The position numbers and the translations under genes are program-made. Below are positions 38,501 through 46,429 of a DNA stretch of 64,000 nt, piece after piece. The notes under the pieces are model-generated. The model saw only the letters and a list, made by a program, of their open reading frames with translations, had not been told where the DNA came from and searched no databases. Origin of the DNA: a virus; IMG/VR virus record IMGVR_UViG_3300042878_001565, positions 1-64,000 of that record; one strand, given 5' to 3'. Within the stretch, counting starts at the first letter, position 1. Every line of letters starts with the position of its first letter.

Positions 38501-40049
38501 CACCCAAAAATGTTTCCAATCCTGCAGGTTTTCCTTGATTATCAGCGTTCATTACCCATTTTCCATTTACTTTAACTTTACCATGAAACAAAGAATTGTA
38601 TGAACGATCAAAGTCTTCTGATAAAACATCCCATTGAGAACCGCGTAACTGACGTTCTTGCTCTGTCTTACCATAATAATACTTACTTGTATTTGAAATT
38701 AAGTCTTGACCAAGTTCTTGCGAACCTTCAGATACACCACTTAATGCAAATTGGCCCCAGTATTCAGCAGCACCACGTCCACCACGACCACCAAAAGCAA
38801 CAAGTTTTCCACCAATGTATCCTGGTTGACGAGCAACAACATTAAATCCAGCCTTTCCAATTTTATTTAATTTAAAAGCTCTGCTTAAAGCTTTTTCGCT
38901 TGTAAACATATTATCAAGACCTAAAGCATTTGTTGCATAAATTAAACCAAAGTTTGCGCTGTATGTAGATGAATAAACATTATTTCCACGAGAAGTAATA
39001 TCATTTAATGCATCTTTAGAAAGACTTTGTTCCGGATTAGCCTTATGCCATTGTTTCATTTCATCGTTAACAAATTCTTGACGAGCCATGTTAGCTTCAA
39101 GTTTTGCTTCACCATGCGACATTGTAAATTTACGAGCATCTCTAACAATAGCACCAACACCAACAGATAAACGTGCAAGACCATTAAGATCTTTTAATTT
39201 ATCAGCAGTTCTTAAAAAGTCAATTGTGTTAGCTGCAGGGTTTAATGCATGAAATGCACCTTTACCTAATTTACTCCAAAATCCACGAGCAGTATTTAAA
39301 TCAGTAAGATGATCAAAAGTTCTAAAATATTTATTTGATTGCGATGATGCTCTCCAAGCTTTACTTATACCATTAAAACCACGCTCTAAATTTTTAGAAG
39401 TTCTAGCCAGCGCAGCTGTTCCGCCAAGACCACCACTTAAAAATGTACCAATGGCTAACAATCCTTCTTCTGCAGCAATACCACCAATAATACCAGCAGT
39501 ATATCCAGCAGATAACATAGCATTACTAGCACTTCCTAATTTACCTTCACGTGTAGAAGAATAGGTTTTCATAATGTCACCAAAATCTTCGTAATTATCA
39601 CTAGCTGAAAGGGAACCTTCTAAAAAAGTATCTTGTGCACCAATACCAGCAAGTTTTAAAAACCCTGTTCCAGCACGACCAATATCATCCCATCCATCTG
39701 TAGCAGCATTAAAAGCAGTGTTATTATCTTCATATGGATTAAAACCAACTTTACCAAATACATCAGAACCAAAAGACTTTAATCTTTTTAAATCTGTTTG
39801 TGTGTATGAAAAGTTTTGAGATTTTCCAAAAGACTCATTTCGTTTAGGATTTTTTTGTGCAACCAGACTAGAAGCCTGGTTAAATAATTCTTGATTTTTT
39901 TTACGAGAATCAATGCCTTTCTGAATAAGCTCAAGTTTTTTTGCATCTTCACCTGATAGTTTTTGTACAGGTTTATTATCAACATATTGAACATCTTTTG
40001 CAGATGCTTGATCTACACCGCTGCTTTTACCAGTAACTACCTTTGCCAT
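32523..40049 (-). CDS. giant virion (probably ejected) protein, 2508 aa: Gly-rich hydrophobic N-terminus, zincin-like module, P-loop kinase domain
   Basis: AGIIGGIAAEEGLLAIGTFLSGG and EGSQELGQ segments; AGFYD...LHEMFLH...HELVA; IGTSGSGKST...ISPDAMR...VVIDTTN. Confidence 0.75.
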   Translation of the reverse strand: MAKVVTGKSSGVDQASAKDVQYVDNKPVQKLSGEDAKKLELIQKGIDSRKKNQELFNQASSLVAQKNPKRNESFGKSQNFSYTQTDLKRLKSFGSDVFGKVGFNPYEDNNTAFNAATDGWDDIGRAGTGFLKLAGIGAQDTFLEGSLSASDNYEDFGDIMKTYSSTREGKLGSASNAMLSAGYTAGIIGGIAAEEGLLAIGTFLSGGLGGTAALARTSKNLERGFNGISKAWRASSQSNKYFRTFDHLTDLNTARGFWSKLGKGAFHALNPAANTIDFLRTADKLKDLNGLARLSVGVGAIVRDARKFTMSHGEAKLEANMARQEFVNDEMKQWHKANPEQSLSKDALNDITSRGNNVYSSTYSANFGLIYATNALGLDNMFTSEKALSRAFKLNKIGKAGFNVVARQPGYIGGKLVAFGGRGGRGAAEYWGQFALSGVSEGSQELGQDLISNTSKYYYGKTEQERQLRGSQWDVLSEDFDRSYNSLFHGKVKVNGKWVMNADNQGKPAGLETFLGGALIGGFMGPVNTVQSLMFDFTQGGGNKTLYNAAFNRDQYKKDKDSQFKQIQAKAELLNAFIKNEHAFLQEIKKPIFAQKAIQDKILEAVQNGNTKDLEDLKQEAFGLQLQTMFDNDLQDDFVKHLKSMAKDGTAQELNQAFNRTDITEQNASEFRAKLVQKADRVNEHKDQYDKIQNEMINPITVSDLRPSDKDYRANVVRYHAFENLKKEMLVSNVNIQSIADRNKAMDEKLSKSLNLSTIERDSLLDSSSLNQNIEVLETQVEGSKGLDLKGTAKREYDKAVVKLAALKKYKESIDKVEKAEVGEFNESDHSDMFDAYVDVLASFDQTSGLSKEEQRALANRTFDSVYDHVNLTKEGKAFKKLANTLSDPTYAGNFIAEQEKVLNHILDNKTQHISNSLEAFQVRKESSKMMQMLSEKGIYFSLTELDDLVKKGIMPSKFYDIATQKEATDAQLKYAQGVVEGFYKNLTGKVITGGKDGLARKNSRSKADTRKSKDILKQYGLTLNQMIDLNEKEGDVFLNKLISNKDLSNTERELLKAVSTTKAKLIFTDNAEAPVMKVGDVVYIDIRYASSEFKDAQVSFENLVISAIVQEKIAGNIEDNATLKATATRMMEQTKALFLKTVPTANVEGLSMFNNVEEFIIEVLNNKSLQATLSQVKDEVSSSRRSLWTNMMIMVKTSLSKESALNGTMLDRGINIASQALDIPGAIDVQIEDEKTKPKKERKLSTSTNAKSKTEVKRLKDLEKMARKLNKQFGTNVSIVTSTDVAKKIVDSLKNPMHQKFADILFEAVRGYGINDKVIELRKSFDSPALSQLLRDVYNKSESISELIENLKDLTAYEAGQLGPVIDWLTRNADNLQDGIEAVSNIFFQLDDANTAGFYDESTNTAYIVADNVNETTMLHEMFLHPFLVDAERNNVDLYGQLVANAISDDSVREYVIQVYGTEQELGTRQYHHELVARAFDIAAGRVINQKLNRNFLQKLKEFFQRMFKKLMGNQQVAFVDELDFLTTVDELATMIVKDRTQFEFWSDANIKPDAVEIISDFITPTTETEETEETETEETETPFEVVNDTTEERTDLQNRIRNIDAMVNNIAGKLSSGTITKSREITSLNSERTKLLIERKQLQQELDALPVSVSPTTNVVTDTLVDSSLEPIEYSEDDFNYNADGSLIYDQNVPYQQFPLTLQYAMANVFGKSHGNITESEMNVINRYIKDGHKDFIDAIVEYNQNAKAITQSQKDNAARVESERKERKDKPVKEVLSDDELMDHLLTKSGLTIDTSILTDAERSDLIKAFKERALDVPGIIHFIFEKKMLVELEAQDKLDAEAQARYEAEFMELLDAEEEFQRKKDRKKKRATSTSTNLDALTTGTLEFQEEDAKGKLKTVSVKIGKALGRFISIYHPKIFKQEAETFAKSVRDFKREVTAEKKRISDNIKFSENEVLATKELVDLFFKLERKGMLVPVIATEINKKLLEVKNPYRIRIINKKGYKPIGTIYSIEHGTKAQLKGTVALPSVKKENKIIENKLVTEEKDVLSTEEEPRTPEEIDFFSTEEGQKMIEDEFKYLEEYYNSKLFTIETGSYTGALEDLSETERIIYDRAAFEGLYEKEDVKKLDANLKVVLPIGTSGSGKSTWIKSLPADEYVVISPDAMRVEFTGDMNDKSKDTEIYEEVKKRTIAAIKNGKKVVIDTTNLQKERRRDFTNAIKKQFPELSLEYKLMPLDGELAKKRIKAQISKGEDRADVSDETIDRHVKLYNEMLKDIADEPLTKFIEAPKKDPKRDLFTEGLEEKTEQDKAEQELNVLVNAFIKENVKEAPQKAYETHPLHQEFVKKIKNGPTAISLAYAVGVYQYEMQQGSLFSDKQSKVVENIIKEKLAQGFYKNEHSKEDVLMKDGTRYKIMSSTKDTVSVFNVETSNLENLDMLNFLSNIKDVVAEEVPVKKDTFETKPSSKKGKIIKDALQNVFSNFDTSVAADLFVEDSIIETLKTQCK
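35304..35347 (-). repeat. low-complexity (T/E)n linker repeat
   Basis: TETEETEETETEETET encoded by GAAACT/GAAGAAACT units. Confidence 0.6.
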
Positions 40050-40052
40050 ATC

Positions 40053-42416
40053 TTATTTTTCTTCTTGTTTTTGTAACTCCTTGTATTGTTTCAAAGCTTC
40101 ATAAAAATGTAACTCTGCATCATCCCATTTTGTTGAAGATGCAGGACCTATGTTAAATTCCATATCTTCAAATGAACCAGGCATGATTAACGAAGGTATT
40201 GAAGTTTTACCAACTAACATACCTTCTTTATTAACTATTTTTGATTGTTTAAAATCACGTGTATTCAATAAAGGTTTTTCACCAGTGTAATTGTATGTAA
40301 AATCAGAAGTTGATTCTTGAGATGCAGTATAATGAGGATCTTTAATTTTTTGCAATTGATCGTTTGGAATAAACATTGCCATTTTTTTACCTGTATCTTC
40401 ATCTCTAAAAACATAAGAACTGAACTGACGATTACCACCAGGGTGTGCATAAAATTCAGCTGTTACATTTTCACCAGCAGTTTTAAGAAATGAATGTAGT
40501 TTTTTTATAGTTTCATCATTTTCTTGAAACTCATTTTTAAATGAATTTAATTTTTTGTCAATATTTTGATCAGTAATATAAACGCCACCTTGGATATTGA
40601 AAATACTATTTTCAACAGATTGATTATTAACCATTGATAAAACATTTTGAATGGTTTTAAATTTTTCCATGTTGCCTGTTGAGTTTTTATTAGAAAAATC
40701 TAATCCTCTTAATGCCACAACTTGAGATGTGTTGTTACCAAAACCACCAATTTTATTTCCATTTTTATCTTCAGATAAAACCATCAATGAATTTTTATAT
40801 CGTTCAGAAGGATCAACCTCATTAAACTTTTTAACAAAAATTTTATTTAATCTGTCGTATGCTTCATCATATTTTTTTCCATGTCTATTGTCATCTTGAG
40901 TTATTTTCAAACCTACAGGCGACCAATCCGTTTTGCCTTGATACGTATATTTACCATCTTTAAACGTCATTTCATCAAAGTTAATTTTAGCACCTTTGTA
41001 TGCTTTTTTCATTGACTCTCTATTCACAGTTTGTTCAAAATCAGCACGAGTTCTAACTCTACCATCTTTTGTTAAAAATGAATTAACAAGTGTATTTTGA
41101 TCAACAAAATCAGATAAAGTAACATCTAAATTTTCACCATACATTTTTTCTTTTGCTTGGTTTCTTGATGCAGAATCTACTTTAGACCAATTATTGAATA
41201 ATAAACCTGTACGAACCATTCCCTGGCGACCTTTTAAAATTTCATCTTTTTGTCTATCGACACCGCCTTGATTAAAAGAAGCAGCAACTGAATCAGAATT
41301 ACCATAAAAGTCATCGTGGTTTAAAGAATCATGATGTTTTTCAAACAAATATTTAGTTCCATAAAAACCTAAACTGCTTGCAAGTTTTGTAACAGCGTCG
41401 CCTTGTTTTGCCAGATATGCATATTTAGCTTTTGGATCTTTAATTCCATTTGCTTCTCTTAATATTCCTAACGCAACACCGCGATCTTTATTTTTAGAAT
41501 CTCCTGTAACAGTACCATATTTAGATACATGTGTCAATAAATCTGTAGTATATGCAAATGATTTTTGTGCATTATCTATATCATCCTCATCTAAATCTTT
41601 ACCACCTGCAGCATACTTATTTAATATTTTTGATGAGTTGGCTGTCCAAGCACCCATAACTGGCGTAGAATACTTTAAATACGTTTGCTGTATAGCTTTT
41701 TCATGATTGACAATAGTTTTGTATCCTAAATCAAAATTAGTATCAAGCGTAGAACTCATTGCAGGAGCACCTGTTTTTTTATTCCATACACCAGATGGAC
41801 CATCATGTTCACGATCATAATCTTTTTGAGCCATGAATTTATTGTCTTCCGGACGTATAACATACTTTGAATCATTTTTAAAATTCTCTGGAGCCAATGT
41901 AGTTTTAAAATCTTGAAACGCGTTATATGCATTAGTGTATGTTGATGCCATATCACTACCACCATTCTTTAATGCTTTTAGAAATGCAGTATTATGCTTC
42001 TCTAAAGTCTTATACTTATCAACAAAATCTTCAGAATATGATTTGTTTTTTTGTTTTAAGTTTGCTAAAACATTTGGAATTCCTACATCTATTTGTTTTA
42101 AAAAAGGATTATTTTTATTAGGATTAGTTATCTGTTCTGTAATAGCTCTAGCAACAGCATCTCCTTGAGCTTTTTTAGAGTTTTCAGCATATACTTTAGA
42201 AAATTGACCTTCATACATAGAAGCTATAAAACCCATATCAACATCTTTAATACCAAGTTGTTTAACAATTGGTGCATAATCAGTTTCAAATTTTTTAGGT
42301 GGTACAACTGCTTTAAAATTTTTAAGAGGATCTTTTAAATCAATAGGTGTTTTAGGAACTGAAACAGGTTTATCTGGTTCAGTGCTCGCTTTAAAATTTT
42401 TAAGAGGATCGTTCAT
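40053..42416 (-). CDS. putative internal virion/cargo protein (787 aa)
   Basis: Lies between cargo genes and the giants; no Cys seen; K/D/N-rich. Confidence 0.6.
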   Translation of the reverse strand: MNDPLKNFKASTEPDKPVSVPKTPIDLKDPLKNFKAVVPPKKFETDYAPIVKQLGIKDVDMGFIASMYEGQFSKVYAENSKKAQGDAVARAITEQITNPNKNNPFLKQIDVGIPNVLANLKQKNKSYSEDFVDKYKTLEKHNTAFLKALKNGGSDMASTYTNAYNAFQDFKTTLAPENFKNDSKYVIRPEDNKFMAQKDYDREHDGPSGVWNKKTGAPAMSSTLDTNFDLGYKTIVNHEKAIQQTYLKYSTPVMGAWTANSSKILNKYAAGGKDLDEDDIDNAQKSFAYTTDLLTHVSKYGTVTGDSKNKDRGVALGILREANGIKDPKAKYAYLAKQGDAVTKLASSLGFYGTKYLFEKHHDSLNHDDFYGNSDSVAASFNQGGVDRQKDEILKGRQGMVRTGLLFNNWSKVDSASRNQAKEKMYGENLDVTLSDFVDQNTLVNSFLTKDGRVRTRADFEQTVNRESMKKAYKGAKINFDEMTFKDGKYTYQGKTDWSPVGLKITQDDNRHGKKYDEAYDRLNKIFVKKFNEVDPSERYKNSLMVLSEDKNGNKIGGFGNNTSQVVALRGLDFSNKNSTGNMEKFKTIQNVLSMVNNQSVENSIFNIQGGVYITDQNIDKKLNSFKNEFQENDETIKKLHSFLKTAGENVTAEFYAHPGGNRQFSSYVFRDEDTGKKMAMFIPNDQLQKIKDPHYTASQESTSDFTYNYTGEKPLLNTRDFKQSKIVNKEGMLVGKTSIPSLIMPGSFEDMEFNIGPASSTKWDDAELHFYEALKQYKELQKQEEK
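42310..42410. repeat. perfect 23-bp direct repeat (two copies of DPLKNFKA)
   Basis: GCTTTAAAATTTTTAAGAGGATC at 42310-42332 and 42388-42410. Confidence 0.9.
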
Positions 42417-42425
42417 AATATTAAT

Positions 42426-44213
42426 TTATTTTTTTGTCAATTTTTTATAATAATTTGAAGCATGTGTTGCATAAGGAATATTAGCATAATCTGGTTGAGC
42501 ACGAACATATTCAGCAAAAGCATCTACATCTTTATCTTCATGTTTAATATTTGCATTTTCTAATCTTTTTTTAAGAAAAGTTTTAGTTTGTTCTTGGTCA
42601 TAATATGTATTTCCTGCTAATTCAGATGGACTAACAACATCAGGATAAATATAAGGATCTTGTTGTTCTTTTAACAAGCCATTATATTTCATTTTTTCTT
42701 TTTTAAGTGTAGACTCATATGCAGCTATACCTGACTTAACATTTTCATTAGTAGATTTACCAGCTTTATAGTCAGCAAGCATTTTACCAATTTCTACATC
42801 ATCTATTGGTCCAGCACCATTTGCTATAATTGCATTAGAAATAAAACCTATTTTTTTTGTATCAGCTCCATTTTCCATTAAAGCAATAGCTTCTCGTTGT
42901 TCATTTAACTCGTCAGATTTATCTTTTGGTGCTTTTGCAGTAGCTTCAGCTGCATCATTTTTCATTTTTTGAATTTCTTTATCAGCAGCAATACGTTTAT
43001 TTTCTATTGTAAGTTTTTGTGAAAACTCAATTTCATTTAATTTATAAGCATCTACTTCTTTTTTTGTACTATAATCAGAATACGCTAATATTTTTGCAGA
43101 ATCTTGAATCTCATCCATCATGAAAGATGCACCAGCTTGTTGATCTAATAAGTTACCAGCTGAAATAATACTCATGTTATTATTACGATTAGCAGATACT
43201 TTATTTACATACTCTAAATAATCATTTGCTTCTTTACTACTTTGTTGTAAAGCTAAAATTTCTCTATACTCATTGTACTTTTGAGAACCTTCTTTGATTT
43301 TACCTTCATTGATTTGTTTTTCATAAGTGATCACTTTAGAATCAAGTATATCTTTATCAATTTTTAATGTTGATGCAGCTCTATCAATCTTATCAGTATA
43401 AACTTTGTGCTGGCTATTCATATAACCAACCATAGCGTCATTCTCATCTTTGTATTCACCATTATTAATCTTACCTCTCATCCAACCTTTTCTTTCAACA
43501 AATGCTTTTGTAGCATACATCTCTGTAAATTTTGGATCATCTGCTAATGCTTTTGTAAACAATGCAGTTAAAGGATTAATTAATTGTGTGCCATTAGTAG
43601 TTGTAACCATGTATCTACCATCTTCTGATAGTTTGTCTGTGGACATTTTAAGACCAGATGCTTTAAAATACGTTAATGCTTTATCAAATACTTTATTGTA
43701 TGGAACATAAGTTACATCACCATAACTCATAGCTTCAGTTGAATTTAATCCTTTAAACTCTTCCATTCTATAGTTTAATGCATCTACACCTTCTTGCCAG
43801 AATTGACCACCACATTTTTCAGGATCAATGCAATTTTTAAATGATTCGGCTTTGCCTATTTCATTATTGTAGTTTTTAGTCCAAACCATATCCTTAACAA
43901 TATTTTTGTTAGTGTATATTGATTGGAAAACATTTGCTGCTGCTTGTACGTTTGTATCCAATGAGAAATCAAGACCTCCCATTTTTTTAATATCATGATT
44001 GATTACTTTAAAAAATTCATCACGAGCAGCAACATTTTCAGCTCTGCTCATGTCTGAATTAAGTATGGAACCATATAAATCATTAATTTTTTTATGACCT
44101 GCAACATACGCAGACTCTTTTGTTTGCAACATTTGTTGATCAAACGCCAAGTTGCTTTGCGTTGGATGTGTCTGTGTTACATAATCTGTTACTCCATTTA
44201 AAAAAGTTGCCAT
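42426..44213 (-). CDS. putative internal virion/cargo protein (595 aa)
   Basis: MATFL.GVTDY start, helical/coiled-coil composition; position matches crAss cargo genes. Confidence 0.65.
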   Translation of the reverse strand: MATFLNGVTDYVTQTHPTQSNLAFDQQMLQTKESAYVAGHKKINDLYGSILNSDMSRAENVAARDEFFKVINHDIKKMGGLDFSLDTNVQAAANVFQSIYTNKNIVKDMVWTKNYNNEIGKAESFKNCIDPEKCGGQFWQEGVDALNYRMEEFKGLNSTEAMSYGDVTYVPYNKVFDKALTYFKASGLKMSTDKLSEDGRYMVTTTNGTQLINPLTALFTKALADDPKFTEMYATKAFVERKGWMRGKINNGEYKDENDAMVGYMNSQHKVYTDKIDRAASTLKIDKDILDSKVITYEKQINEGKIKEGSQKYNEYREILALQQSSKEANDYLEYVNKVSANRNNNMSIISAGNLLDQQAGASFMMDEIQDSAKILAYSDYSTKKEVDAYKLNEIEFSQKLTIENKRIAADKEIQKMKNDAAEATAKAPKDKSDELNEQREAIALMENGADTKKIGFISNAIIANGAGPIDDVEIGKMLADYKAGKSTNENVKSGIAAYESTLKKEKMKYNGLLKEQQDPYIYPDVVSPSELAGNTYYDQEQTKTFLKKRLENANIKHEDKDVDAFAEYVRAQPDYANIPYATHASNYYKKLTKK

Positions 44214-44250
44214 CTTGTAATTTTTATAAAGGTATTAATTAAATGTAAAT

Positions 44251-46428
44251 TTAAGAGTGTTTAGTTGTAACTTCATCTGGTTTTAATATGTCATCTTCCT
44301 TAAATTTCCAGTCACCACTCATCTGTCCTTTCAAAATAGCCAACACTGTTTTTTCATCAGTACCTGCAGGTAATTTAGATTTTAAATCACTGTATTTTTG
44401 AGCAACATCTTCCGAACTTGTTTCTCTACCATCTAATGGTTTAGCATTTGCTAAATAGATTTTACCTGTAAGAGGATCAATTTTTTCGTAGTTACTATTA
44501 ACATTTAAGTTATAACGATTACTTCTTTCAGTATAAGCATTGTTTATTGCTGCAGTAATTGCATCATCTGCTTTTTCATGTGAATTAACAAAGTTTTGTA
44601 CACGTGTTGCATGTTGAGCCCAAAGATTGGTAGCTTCTTGCGACTCTTGTGCATGTTTAGCATTTGCCAACTGTGTATTTGATTGATTAACTTGATTATA
44701 TAAACCAATGTTTTTCGTAGAGTTATCATCAATTGCACCAGCCGCTTTAGCATAAACTTGAGCGTTAATACTATTTATTGCAGCTTGTGTCGATGCTTGA
44801 CTTCCAAAAGCACCAGCAGTTCTTATTGCACCAGCCGCTAAAGTATTTGCTTCTGCAATCTTACGTTCAGGACTATCAAATTGTGGTTCTAATAAATTAA
44901 ACTGTGATGCTTTTTGCCATTCAGGAATATTAATAATATGGCGTTTAGCAGCAAAAGTACGATTCATTGTATTTATATCCTGTATTCTAAATCCATCTGG
45001 ATTAATAGATGGTGGAATTGGATCTAAATTTTTGATTGTACCTTTTTTATAAACATCTTCTGGTGCAGGTTTTATTGTAATAGGTGCTTGAGGGTTACCT
45101 TTAAACCCTGCAGTTTGTCCTGTAGTAGTATCAGTATAAATACCATCAGCTTTTGATAACGGATACGCTTTATTATTAAAAGTACTTTCATCAGCAATTC
45201 CTAATTTAGGAGCTTCAAATGGAGATAATACTGTTTGTAAATCTTTACTATATGAATTTTGATTTAATGCTAATTGATGGAATGCAATATAAGATGCTTG
45301 CTCTTGAGCAGTTTTATCTGAACCAGGTATTTCTAAATCTTTTTCTAAACCTTTACCTTTTAAAAAGTCATTTGTATATTTTGATGTATTTTTATCAGAC
45401 GAAGCTTGACCAATTTGTGTATAATCAATTCCATGAGCTCTTAATGCAAGATTTCTTTTTTGCATATCAAGGAAGTTATCCATAACTTCTTTTTCAGTAC
45501 CTGCAGCTGACCATTTTTTATCTTTAATTGCCTTACCGTAATCTCTACCATGTATAGTCGAATTAGTCCAAGCATTATTGTATTCAGTAAATAATGCTTT
45601 TTTAAATTCAGGGTTATCCCGAAGACTTTCAAGGTATTGCCATTGTGCAGCAATTTGTTTATTACCATTAAAGTATTTTTTTAAATCTTCGTCTTTACCT
45701 TTCCATTCAGGAACAACACCTCCACCATCAACGTATTTTTTTATACCGCCTAATGATAAGAATTGTGAATCACCACCAAGTGCTGCTTGATTCAATGGAC
45801 CGCCAAACGCAGCTTGTATTGCATCTGTTGCTTGTTCAGCTTGTTCTGCATCAACTGAAAATAATTCTTCTGGTGTAACATGCGTTTTATCAAACCAAGG
45901 ATTGAATATATCGGTCATTCCATCTTTAAAGTTCTTTTTAGATTCTTGCCATAACGCTAAACTTGAAAGATTAAACGCTGCATTTTTCATTGTCAATGTA
46001 GCACTATCTTTTGCAATTTTATCTTGGTATTCATCTTTAAGAATTGCTTTTGCTGTTGCTAATGCATCTAACCATTTTTTAGAAACTTCCGCAGGTGTCT
46101 TTTCACCTTTACCAGTTTCACCAAAGTATTTTAATAACTCTGGATCTTTGATAATCATTTTACGATTATTAGAAAAAATAAAAGAAGAGCTTTCACCTTC
46201 TTCTCCAGCAGAAGGTGGATCCATTGGAGTTCCGCCTTTAGCATGAGTTTTACCACCAATAGCTTTTAGTTCAACAAGATTATCCACATTACGATTGTAA
46301 TTAGTCCAAATTGTTTCACCTTTTTCTGCTTCAATGGTAGCCTTTTTTTTATCAATCGGCTTTACCGTCTTATTTAGGTTCCCATCAGCTTGTCTGTTAG
46401 GAAGTCCTACCACTTTGTATTGAGCCAT
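44251..46428 (-). CDS. putative internal virion/cargo protein (~725 aa)
   Basis: IEAEKGET...GKTHAKGGT...FIFSN N-terminal module; A/Q/N-rich helical C-terminus; start set at ATG 46428. Confidence 0.65.
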   Translation of the reverse strand: MAQYKVVGLPNRQADGNLNKTVKPIDKKKATIEAEKGETIWTNYNRNVDNLVELKAIGGKTHAKGGTPMDPPSAGEEGESSSFIFSNNRKMIIKDPELLKYFGETGKGEKTPAEVSKKWLDALATAKAILKDEYQDKIAKDSATLTMKNAAFNLSSLALWQESKKNFKDGMTDIFNPWFDKTHVTPEELFSVDAEQAEQATDAIQAAFGGPLNQAALGGDSQFLSLGGIKKYVDGGGVVPEWKGKDEDLKKYFNGNKQIAAQWQYLESLRDNPEFKKALFTEYNNAWTNSTIHGRDYGKAIKDKKWSAAGTEKEVMDNFLDMQKRNLALRAHGIDYTQIGQASSDKNTSKYTNDFLKGKGLEKDLEIPGSDKTAQEQASYIAFHQLALNQNSYSKDLQTVLSPFEAPKLGIADESTFNNKAYPLSKADGIYTDTTTGQTAGFKGNPQAPITIKPAPEDVYKKGTIKNLDPIPPSINPDGFRIQDINTMNRTFAAKRHIINIPEWQKASQFNLLEPQFDSPERKIAEANTLAAGAIRTAGAFGSQASTQAAINSINAQVYAKAAGAIDDNSTKNIGLYNQVNQSNTQLANAKHAQESQEATNLWAQHATRVQNFVNSHEKADDAITAAINNAYTERSNRYNLNVNSNYEKIDPLTGKIYLANAKPLDGRETSSEDVAQKYSDLKSKLPAGTDEKTVLAILKGQMSGDWKFKEDDILKPDEVTTKHS

Positions 46429-46429
46429 A

